Assembly (NCBI GenBank): GCA_017526985.1
Contig: JAFXQR010000072.1
Coordinates: 2,128 to 66,127, forward strand
Length of the DNA: 64,000 nt
Direction: 5' to 3'
Source of the DNA: Lachnospiraceae bacterium
Lineage (GTDB): Bacteria > Bacillota > Clostridia > Lachnospirales > Lachnospiraceae
Made by a program: the position numbers and the translations under genes. Shown one piece after another: positions 57,226-64,000 of this stretch. The notes under the pieces were generated by a model. It was given only the letters and a program-made list of their open reading frames with translations. It made no database searches and was not told where the DNA came from. Position 1 is the first letter of the stretch. The number at the start of each line of letters is the position of its first letter.

Positions 57226-58647
57226 TTACGAAGCCTGTGCCTGGTTCGGTTCCGGATCCAGGTACTCCGCCGCATAGGGCTCCACCTTTGCTACCTGTCT
57301 GGCGTGCGAACCGCGTTCAAAGAACCAGGCATCCGTCAGCGGCATTTCCAGGATGGTCTCCGGCAGCTTTCCGGACTTGGTGGCAAAGAAGCGCGCCGTC
57401 TCCACATCCTGCCCGCCCAGGTAGAGCATATGGTCGCAGTTGTTGATGATGGTCTGCGCCTGCCCTTCCTTGTACATACCGCTCAGCTGAGAGATGCTCT
57501 GCAGGATCACTGTCGCGTAGATCTCGCGGGAGCGGATGTTGGAGATGATCTTGTCGAAGTTCGGAATGCAGACATTCGACGCGAAGTCATCCAGCACGAT
57601 GCGTACCGGTACTGCCAGGCGACCGTCTTCGTGGAAATCCGCCTCCATACACAGGCTCTTAAACAGCTGCGTATAGAACAGATTCACCAGGTTATCCATG
57701 GAACGGTCCGTATCGCTGATGTTGACGAACAGTACCGTCTTCTGGCGTCCCAGTTCCGGGAAGAGGATGGTGCTGCGGCGGTTGAACATCTTAGCGTTGG
57801 AGCTGTACTCAAAGGGAGACAGCGCATTTGCCACAAACTGCGTGATGGACGACCAGCACTTCTCCGCCTTGAAATTGCAGCTATACTTATGGTACATACG
57901 CACCGCAAAGCTGTCGGGATTTTCGGCTTCCAGTTCCGTAAAGAAGGTAACGCCCATCCAGCCGCGCTCCTGGCCGTTTCTCGCCGCCTGCTCTGTCAGC
58001 TCATCATAGAGTCTGCAGACCGAGCCCATATGCTGCTCCTTTCTCGGCAGCACTTCCAGGCAGTACGCCATCAGACTGACGATCACGTTGCGGGCCGAAT
58101 CTCCCCAGAAGGTGCTGTCGTTGTCCACATCGTCCGGGACCAGAACCTTAACGATGCTCATCAGGTCCTCTTCGCGGTAACCGTACTTCTTCTCGCGGAT
58201 CTCACCAAAGGGTGTCTGCTTCACCTCGTCTTCCCAGGTACGCTCGATGTAGTCCATCGGGTTGTACGCCGCCGACTGCTCCGGACGGACAAAGTTGAAG
58301 TTTTCCACACGGAAGCCCCGTCTGCGCAGATATCCGCCGTAGTTCTTGTACAACTGGCTCTTGGCGTCAACCACTACCAGGCTGTGCTGCAGATCCCTTA
58401 AATTCGGGACCACATAGCCGCCGGTCTTTCCGGATCCTGCCGTACCCACCAGCAGGTCATTATTGTTGAGTTTGGTCGCACGAGGGTTGTTGGATACCGT
58501 TACGCCCTTTGCAAAGACACGGCTGCCCAGTTCCTCCAGGCTCATCTGCTTGTTTTCGGTTGTGTTTACTGTGATGTTCTTCATGGCATTAGTCTCCTTT
58601 CCGCCATTTGCTGTGTTGCCTGCATTCATCAGCTCGCTTCTCATCAT
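57226..58647 (-). CDS. VirD4/TraG-like type IV coupling protein ATPase domain without N-terminal TM segments
   Basis: Walker A GTAGSGKTGG, VLDDFASN, and ILQSISQLSGMYKEGQAQTIINNCDHMLYLGG, a T4CP-like stretch as I recall. Alternative in-frame start at MKNITV also has an RBS. Confidence 0.7.
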   Translation of the reverse strand: MMRSELMNAGNTANGGKETNAMKNITVNTTENKQMSLEELGSRVFAKGVTVSNNPRATKLNNNDLLVGTAGSGKTGGYVVPNLRDLQHSLVVVDAKSQLYKNYGGYLRRRGFRVENFNFVRPEQSAAYNPMDYIERTWEDEVKQTPFGEIREKKYGYREEDLMSIVKVLVPDDVDNDSTFWGDSARNVIVSLMAYCLEVLPRKEQHMGSVCRLYDELTEQAARNGQERGWMGVTFFTELEAENPDSFAVRMYHKYSCNFKAEKCWSSITQFVANALSPFEYSSNAKMFNRRSTILFPELGRQKTVLFVNISDTDRSMDNLVNLFYTQLFKSLCMEADFHEDGRLAVPVRIVLDDFASNVCIPNFDKIISNIRSREIYATVILQSISQLSGMYKEGQAQTIINNCDHMLYLGGQDVETARFFATKSGKLPETILEMPLTDAWFFERGSHARQVAKVEPYAAEYLDPEPNQAQAS

Positions 58648-58689
58648 AATTTTGACCTCCTTTTGGTTTGCTTCGTTTACGTTGTACTC

Positions 58690-58731
58690 ATAGTAACATC
58701 GCTTGTTTTGTTTCCGTGATTTTTACGGAAA
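58690..58731 (-). promoter_or_regulatory. Shared promoter architecture, copy 2: TTTCCGT-AAAAATC-ACGGAAA, N15, TACTAT (gene orientation)
   Basis: Read directly; TGT immediately precedes the TACTAT hexamer (extended -10-like). Confidence 0.6.
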
Positions 58732-59149
58732 ACGGCGGATGCTACGCCCTGCTTTGTTTTCAGGGCGCAAAAACCCTACACAAAGCATTTCCTCTGATAT
58801 TAAATTCCTATGAAGTTTATTCAGTTGTAATTGCTGTTTTTTGGCGTTTCGCCTTTTTGTATGGAATTGAATTCCGGACTTTCGTCACTTCGGACTGATT
58901 TGTTGGCTTTTTGCCTTTTATAGAAATCTGCTTCGTCTTTTTGCGACGCTGCAGAAAGTATTTCGACGCGATCTTATGAAATCTTTAGAGCTTTCTCAAA
59001 ATATATTTTAATAAATTTTTGACAGTTTTCAAAGAACGCTGCATACCGGGATTTCGTTTGCTTTATCCATACGCTTTCCTTATCGGTATGATTCTATTAT
59101 AGCGCGTTCTCTGAAAAAGTCATTTAACTACAGGTATAACTTGCACGGC

Positions 59150-59863
59150 CTATTTCGCATTTTTCACCTTCAGGCTCTTTAAGTATACCTTCTGTTCTGC
59201 GGTGATGCGATAGCTCTCCACGGATTTTTGGATCGCCTTATTGTGTGTCCACGGATCCAGTTTCTTTTCTTCGATATAAGGAAGGACCGCTTCATACTGC
59301 TTGGCCAGCGCTGTCGCAAAATACCATGCGATCATCATATTGATATAGTATTCTTCCGAGCGGACGGACGCCACCATTTTGGGATATTCCGGAGCAAAAT
59401 CATCGTCCAGAAAATGCTCCATCAGCATCCCGATCGCAAAACGGACCGTATAGGTCTCATCGCTTTTGAACCAGTGTTTGATCTGCCCAAGCAATGCCGC
59501 TTTGTGTTTCTGAAAAACCTTCGGTGACATCTGATCGCAGGTTGCCCAGTTATCTACATATGGAAGAAAGCGGCACAATTCCTCCATACACTTTTCATAA
59601 TCCCTGATACCGGATACGAGAAAGGCATGCAACTGATTTTCATCAAAATACCGGTGCGGCAGATCCTGCAGAAACGCTTCATACTTCCCCTCTTTCAGCA
59701 GTTCCTTTGCGTAAGTTCTCAGCGCCGGCGTGCGCACACCGATCACGGAATCCGTAGCAACCGTTGGGATCAGTTTTGCCTGAAAGTCACGATATTTTGT
59801 ATCCTGCATGGAAAATAATTTTTCGCGGATCTTTTCGATTTCCTGTTGGCTCTGTTTTTTCAT
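59150..59863 (-). CDS. DNA alkylation repair protein (AlkC/AlkD-like HEAT-repeat family)
   Basis: FQAKLIPT...IGVRTPALR...YVDNWATCD pattern. Start at MKKQSQ; the listed ORF extends upstream through repeat family 2. Confidence 0.75.
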   Translation of the reverse strand: MKKQSQQEIEKIREKLFSMQDTKYRDFQAKLIPTVATDSVIGVRTPALRTYAKELLKEGKYEAFLQDLPHRYFDENQLHAFLVSGIRDYEKCMEELCRFLPYVDNWATCDQMSPKVFQKHKAALLGQIKHWFKSDETYTVRFAIGMLMEHFLDDDFAPEYPKMVASVRSEEYYINMMIAWYFATALAKQYEAVLPYIEEKKLDPWTHNKAIQKSVESYRITAEQKVYLKSLKVKNAK

Positions 59864-59883
59864 CCCTGAAGCTCCATTAAGTT

Positions 59884-59929
59884 TTCTTGCCTTCCCCTTG
59901 AGGGGAAGGTGGCCGAAGGCCGGATGAGG
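59884..59929 (-). repeat. 46-nt hairpin repeat family 2, second copy (inverted relative to 34664-34709)
   Basis: Identical to copy 1 except for two complementary changes at the base of the loop (C..G versus T..A). Confidence 0.75.
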
Positions 59930-59942
59930 TGTTCTTGCTGCA

Positions 59943-60812
59943 TCAACCTGCTTGCCTATCTTTCCACATCGTGTACTGCCATCTGGCAATCGCAGTTCCG
60001 ATGATGATCACATAACCGATGATACTTAAGGTATGCGGTGTCTCTCCCAAAAAGAGTATTCCCAGGATCGCCGCAAAGATCACCTGCGTATAATCAAAGA
60101 CCGAGATCTCCTTGGCCGGAGCAAACTTATAGGCTGTGGTGATACCAAACTGTCCGAGCGTTGCCGCAACCCCCGCCAGGATCAGGAACATCCACTGTTT
60201 TGCACTCATCGGATGAAAATCCAGGATCAAAAACGGCGCCGTCACCAGACATGAAAATGTAGAGAAACACATCACGATCACCGAAGTGCGTTCCCCTTTA
60301 CCGCCAAGCTTTCGGACAAATACATACGCGGTCCCGGCACCGAAACCACCGTACAATCCGATCAATGCCGGAGCGATGGAAAACTCACCGCCCGGTCGGA
60401 TGATAAACAGCGCACCGGTAAAAGCCAGCACCGTAGCAATGATATCCACCAGATTTGGCACTTCCTTCAGGATCACGATGGATAAAAGGATCGCAAAAAA
60501 CGGCGACAGTTTATTCAGCATATTGGCATCCGCGATCCCCAGACGATCGATGGCATAAAAATTACAGATCAACCCGCTGGTACCGAAGATACAGCGACAC
60601 GCGATATCACCGAAGCATCCTTTTTTGATATGAAACTTCTCCTTGCTCTTCATCAGCGGAATGATGGTGACCAGTGCCGCGATAAAATTTCGGAAAAAGG
60701 CTTTCTGCATCGTCGGCAGATCCCCGGACAACCTTACAAAAAAGGTCATCAGGGAAAAGCCGAATGCTGCTGCCAGAATACACAAGATTGCTTTGATCTT
60801 TGCACTTTTCAT
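59943..60812 (-). CDS. DMT superfamily (EamA-like) transporter
   Basis: 10-TM profile with two EamA-like halves. Confidence 0.85.
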   Translation of the reverse strand: MKSAKIKAILCILAAAFGFSLMTFFVRLSGDLPTMQKAFFRNFIAALVTIIPLMKSKEKFHIKKGCFGDIACRCIFGTSGLICNFYAIDRLGIADANMLNKLSPFFAILLSIVILKEVPNLVDIIATVLAFTGALFIIRPGGEFSIAPALIGLYGGFGAGTAYVFVRKLGGKGERTSVIVMCFSTFSCLVTAPFLILDFHPMSAKQWMFLILAGVAATLGQFGITTAYKFAPAKEISVFDYTQVIFAAILGILFLGETPHTLSIIGYVIIIGTAIARWQYTMWKDRQAG

Positions 60813-60910
60813 CTTCTCACAAATCCCGATTCTCTATATTTTCAACACCTTATCATAGCAGAATTTGTAAGAAAACAAAACTGTTTTATATGCAGATCTT
60901 TCGCAATCCT

Positions 60911-61861
60911 TTACATCGTAGAATAACTGAAGACCCTGCCTAATTGATTTTGCCTTGCCGTCGCCACACGCATCGGGCCGTAAAACATCAGCAGATTGAC
61001 CCAGTTTGCTGCCAGACGGACCTCGATATCACTGGGCGGCCACGATGACGATAACTGGAACGGGATCTGTTCGATGGTCTCGTCATAATGACGCCTAAAA
61101 TTCCGACGGATCGGATACAACTCTACCCAGTTATGGTTCGCATCCATCAGGATCTCACAGCAGCGCACCAGCACTTCCGAGATAGTCGGATACCGGTCGT
61201 ATTTTTCCTTCCACAGATCCACATCATATTTGAAGCAGACATTGTACGCTTCCCAATACCCCATCAGCATGCTGTCGCAATAGTATCGCTCTTCCGGCAG
61301 TGGCAGACTCACCAGATACTGGAAATAATCCACGACAGAAAGCTGCAGAAAAGGCAGCACCTTGCGCTTATGATCCGGGCTGATGCTCTTCTTTTTTGGC
61401 GCCTCTCCTTTCTTTTCTGCGCTATGACCTTCCTTCTCCTTTTCCTTCGGTCTGCGTACTTTGTAAGCATCATACGCTCTCAGATCCCCCACGGCCAAAA
61501 AAGACAGCCAGGCGAGTTGCATTCCCCTCAGCTCCCGGCCAAAGTGCTGCAGCACCATCTGCGCATACGATGTTTCTTTCGTAACATCAAAATCTTCGGA
61601 TAACATTTCTGCCACTTTCTCCGGATCATTTATAAAAGGACTGACGACATTTCGTATTGGCTGCGCCAGGAAATTATGGATCACCTTCTCTACATACCCG
61701 TCGGTATGGACACGCCCCTGCCTGGTGAGTTTCAGGATCTCCGACAGATTCTTGCGACCCTCACCATCATCCGACTCCTCAAATGCATCCGGGCAGAATG
61801 TTTCTGCGGCTCTTCCCATTTCGTCCTCAAAGTTCCTGTCCATCATGTTTCTCTCGTCCAT
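60911..61861 (-). CDS. Hypothetical protein (316 aa)
   Basis: AGGAGG RBS 7 nt before the ATG at 61861 (MDERNMM); no motif recognised. Confidence 0.6.
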   Translation of the reverse strand: MDERNMMDRNFEDEMGRAAETFCPDAFEESDDGEGRKNLSEILKLTRQGRVHTDGYVEKVIHNFLAQPIRNVVSPFINDPEKVAEMLSEDFDVTKETSYAQMVLQHFGRELRGMQLAWLSFLAVGDLRAYDAYKVRRPKEKEKEGHSAEKKGEAPKKKSISPDHKRKVLPFLQLSVVDYFQYLVSLPLPEERYYCDSMLMGYWEAYNVCFKYDVDLWKEKYDRYPTISEVLVRCCEILMDANHNWVELYPIRRNFRRHYDETIEQIPFQLSSSWPPSDIEVRLAANWVNLLMFYGPMRVATARQNQLGRVFSYSTM

Positions 61862-61927
61862 ATCCGTACCTCCTTCTTGTTGCCGGTTACCATCTGCCAT
61901 TACCATCTTTTACTTCTATCAAAAACA

Positions 61928-61968
61928 ATATTAACGCACATCTTTTTCTTTCCGTGATTTTTACGGAT
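61928..61968 (-). promoter_or_regulatory. Shared promoter architecture, copy 3: ATCCGT-AAAAATC-ACGGAAA, N15, TAATAT (gene orientation)
   Basis: Read directly; the distal half-site is one position weaker. Confidence 0.55.
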
Positions 61969-62289
61969 CATGGTTTCTCAACAGACAAAAACTGCGGAAG
62001 GTTAAAAACCCTCCGCAGCAGGTGCCTTCGAACCGAACCTCCGGCACCGCAGTTTCCTGCAGGTTTTCAAGCAGAACATAAAGGGTTACCCCTTTATTAA
62101 AAGGAAAGAAAAATTATCCCCAACTACGCAACTCTGAACTCTAAGGCATAACAGATAACAAATAACCTCTGATTAGTCACAATAAACATTCACATCCCAA
62201 GTTGATCAGCCAGCGAAAGTTCTGCTTCGGATATTCTTTTTTTATACAGCCAACGCCATCCAAAATGCGTTGACTGTATGTGTGCACGG

Positions 62290-62805
62290 TCAGATGTCTA
62301 CATCAAACTGCACCGTCTGGTTGTACTGATCCAGCGCCATCTGCATATCGATGATGGTCCTGGACAGGATCTCATAATCCTGCTTTGCCAGCTCCACATC
62401 GTAGTTGGCGTATACATACTCCGGCGTTGCGTTTCTGCCGTAGTAGCCGTGCATCTCCACACGGGCCTTCGGCAGCCGTCTGCGCATCTCCTCCAGCACC
62501 GCTTTTCTGCGGTTCAGCTGCGTCATACGGATCAGGATCGTATCGACGCTCATTACGGTATCACCCACCGGGATCTGCGCCTGCGCGTTGCTTAAGTTCA
62601 GCGCATGCTTGATGATCGCGATCTTTTCATCGATCGCCGCGATGGCTCCGTACACCTCCGCGTAATCATACTCCGGGATCACGGGCTCTTCTCCGACCTG
62701 TGCCACATAGGTACAGGAATCGCTTTCCTTGCTGAGCAGGAGTGCCTTTTCTTCTTCCAGTGTACGGATCATTTTGTTTGCGTATGCCGACGTCATTTTC
62801 TGCAT
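62290..62805 (-). CDS. Hypothetical protein (171 aa)
   Basis: Clean ORF with GGGAGGAAG RBS; no motif recognised. Confidence 0.55.
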   Translation of the reverse strand: MQKMTSAYANKMIRTLEEEKALLLSKESDSCTYVAQVGEEPVIPEYDYAEVYGAIAAIDEKIAIIKHALNLSNAQAQIPVGDTVMSVDTILIRMTQLNRRKAVLEEMRRRLPKARVEMHGYYGRNATPEYVYANYDVELAKQDYEILSRTIIDMQMALDQYNQTVQFDVDI

Positions 62806-63064
62806 GGTTTTCTTCCTCCCTTGCTTATACTTTGACTATATGTTATTGATTTTGGGTATTGTATCCCGGAACTCATAATTGATCTGAATACTTATCAGAA
62901 CTCTACTGTTATGTTGTTCCAATGGATACTTATGATAGTTACCAACGGGCGGCGTTGTGATCATCCCGAACTGATTGCCGCGCCTCTATGTTGGTTTTTA
63001 TTATATCGGATACCTTGCAGAATTGCATTAGACCTGTAGTATAATTTTCTTGACTTCTGAATAT

Positions 63065-63096
63065 TCAAAAAACCGCAAGGATCTCCCCCGCGGTTT
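63065..63096 (-). terminator. Rho-independent terminator after the kinase-like gene
   Basis: Stem AACCGC/GCGGTT followed by TTTTTTG on the minus strand. Confidence 0.7.
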
Positions 63097-63122
63097 TCTG
63101 TCTATAATATAAAGTTACGCTC

Positions 63123-64000
63123 CTAGTCCGGCATTTCCTGCAACAGCCATTGTTTCGCCTTCTGCAGATTTTCTCCGCCGAACCGTTCTATGAAATAGCC
63201 GCCTCCTGACAGATGATCGGTATAGTAGCGTAGTCCCAGTTCGAAACAGATCTTATCGACAATATCCGGCATAAGTTCTGCCTCTTCCTTCGTTAACATC
63301 ATATGTCCGGAAAGTTCTTTTGCAGCTGCCTGATAGCCCTTCAGGACCATCTTGATGATATACGCTTCCTCTTCCTCCCGGTAAATACAGCAGGAACGGA
63401 TCAGATCCGCAATATCCTCCAGCCGGGAACCTACCATAAGGGTATCGAGATCGATGAAGGCCTTTACCCGGTTTCCCGAAACGATCATGTTCCCGAGTTT
63501 TGCATCTCCATGAACCACATCTTCTTTGGGATAAGAGAGTTTCAAATAGCCGCCGATCTTTTCTTCAATGACCCGGTCCATCTCCGGGACGCGATATTTA
63601 TCACTCTTCTCCTGTAAGCAGTATTCTTCAAAATAATAAGTCAGATCATGCAGAAACGGATACACCGCATGCGGCTTCTCCGGAAAAAACGACAAAACAT
63701 AATGCAGTTTTGCCAGTCCCGCACCGCATACCACCAATTCATCGTCGGTAATCTTTGGCTTTAACATATCCCCGGTGATCATCTGATACATCCGCCAGTA
63801 ATCCCCGCCTTCTATACGAAAAAACTGCCCCTCTCTGTCCCGGATCCACTGCGGGCATTCCAGAATAACACCTTTTTCCGCAGCCGTCTCGCAGGCATTT
63901 TTGTAGTGCAGATAATTATACTCCAGCTTTTCGATCTGCTCTTTCGTATATCGCCATGACCACAGACGCTGCAGGACATACCGGTTCTCTTTTGTTTCCG
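63123..64000 (-). CDS. Aminoglycoside/choline-kinase-like phosphotransferase (APH family), 5' end outside the window
   Basis: Brenner motif VHGDAKLGNMIV and IDLD. I translated 63792-64000 by hand and the frame stays open to the window edge. Confidence 0.7.
   Translation of the reverse strand, partial: ETKENRYVLQRLWSWRYTKEQIEKLEYNYLHYKNACETAAEKGVILECPQWIRDREGQFFRIEGGDYWRMYQMITGDMLKPKITDDELVVCGAGLAKLHYVLSFFPEKPHAVYPFLHDLTYYFEEYCLQEKSDKYRVPEMDRVIEEKIGGYLKLSYPKEDVVHGDAKLGNMIVSGNRVKAFIDLDTLMVGSRLEDIADLIRSCCIYREEEEAYIIKMVLKGYQAAAKELSGHMMLTKEEAELMPDIVDKICFELGLRYYTDHLSGGGYFIERFGGENLQKAKQWLLQEMPD

Noticed and set aside
57160-58401. 413-aa plus-strand ORF
   Set aside because: It is antisense to the VirD4-like ATPase gene, which has clear Walker motifs. 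It is a shadow ORF.
57226-58647. VirD4-like gene as evidence for an integrative conjugative element in the window
   Set aside because: I recognised no relaxase, VirB4/VirB6-type gene, pilin, integrase or recombinase anywhere in the 64 kb, and the flanking genes are housekeeping.
1-64000. CRISPR arrays, rRNA and tRNA genes, IS elements with terminal inverted repeats
   Set aside because: I found no regularly spaced direct repeats, no cloverleaf-compatible segments in the intergenic regions, and no transposase with a DDE or serine/tyrosine recombinase signature when reading both strands. A tRNAscan/Infernal run would be needed to be certain.

Overview
The window looks like a Firmicutes/Clostridia chromosomal segment, probably Lachnospiraceae-like. 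That is an inference from AGGAGG-type RBSs, gene content and hairpin repeat families; no database search was possible. It holds about 58 protein genes, more than 85% on the minus strand, and I recognised no rRNA, tRNA or CRISPR array. From 0 to 40 kb the content is mostly housekeeping and metabolism: a J-domain/DUF5685-like pair, a SulP transporter, a DHH phosphoesterase, ptsI, a GH32 sucrose-6-P hydrolase with a ROK fructokinase, MnmA, MetY-like, Eda plus a KDG-kinase-like gene, NadE, a GGDEF/EAL protein, a beta-helix protein and a vWA protein. Accessory patches interrupt this stretch: a giant (~888 codon) flagellin gene split by one in-frame TGA, XRE regulators, four tandem GNAT genes, an Rpn/YhgA-like nuclease next to a truncated ADP-ribosylglycohydrolase, and a 1729-aa orphan coiled-coil protein. 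From 40.7 to 62 kb the content is defence-island-like. It includes a visibly AT-rich block (about 41.3-47.9 kb) with a three-gene operon (methyltransferase-like, DUF1848-like, TPR+HEPN) and an M28-peptidase-like/HNH pair. Next to it is a four-gene operon led by a RecQ-helicase::PRTase fusion and a DprA-like protein (PsyrTA/Shosta-like) followed by two unknown genes. A TM-less VirD4/TraG-like ATPase and several unknown genes follow. The most striking sequence-level signal is that four dispersed minus-strand promoters in this region share one architecture: a TTTCCGT-N7-ACGGAAA palindrome, exactly 15 nt, then a -10-like hexamer. This suggests a previously unrecognised co-regulated gene set. Two short hairpin repeat families are also present. 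All product calls rest on motif recognition by eye and need HMM or BLAST confirmation.
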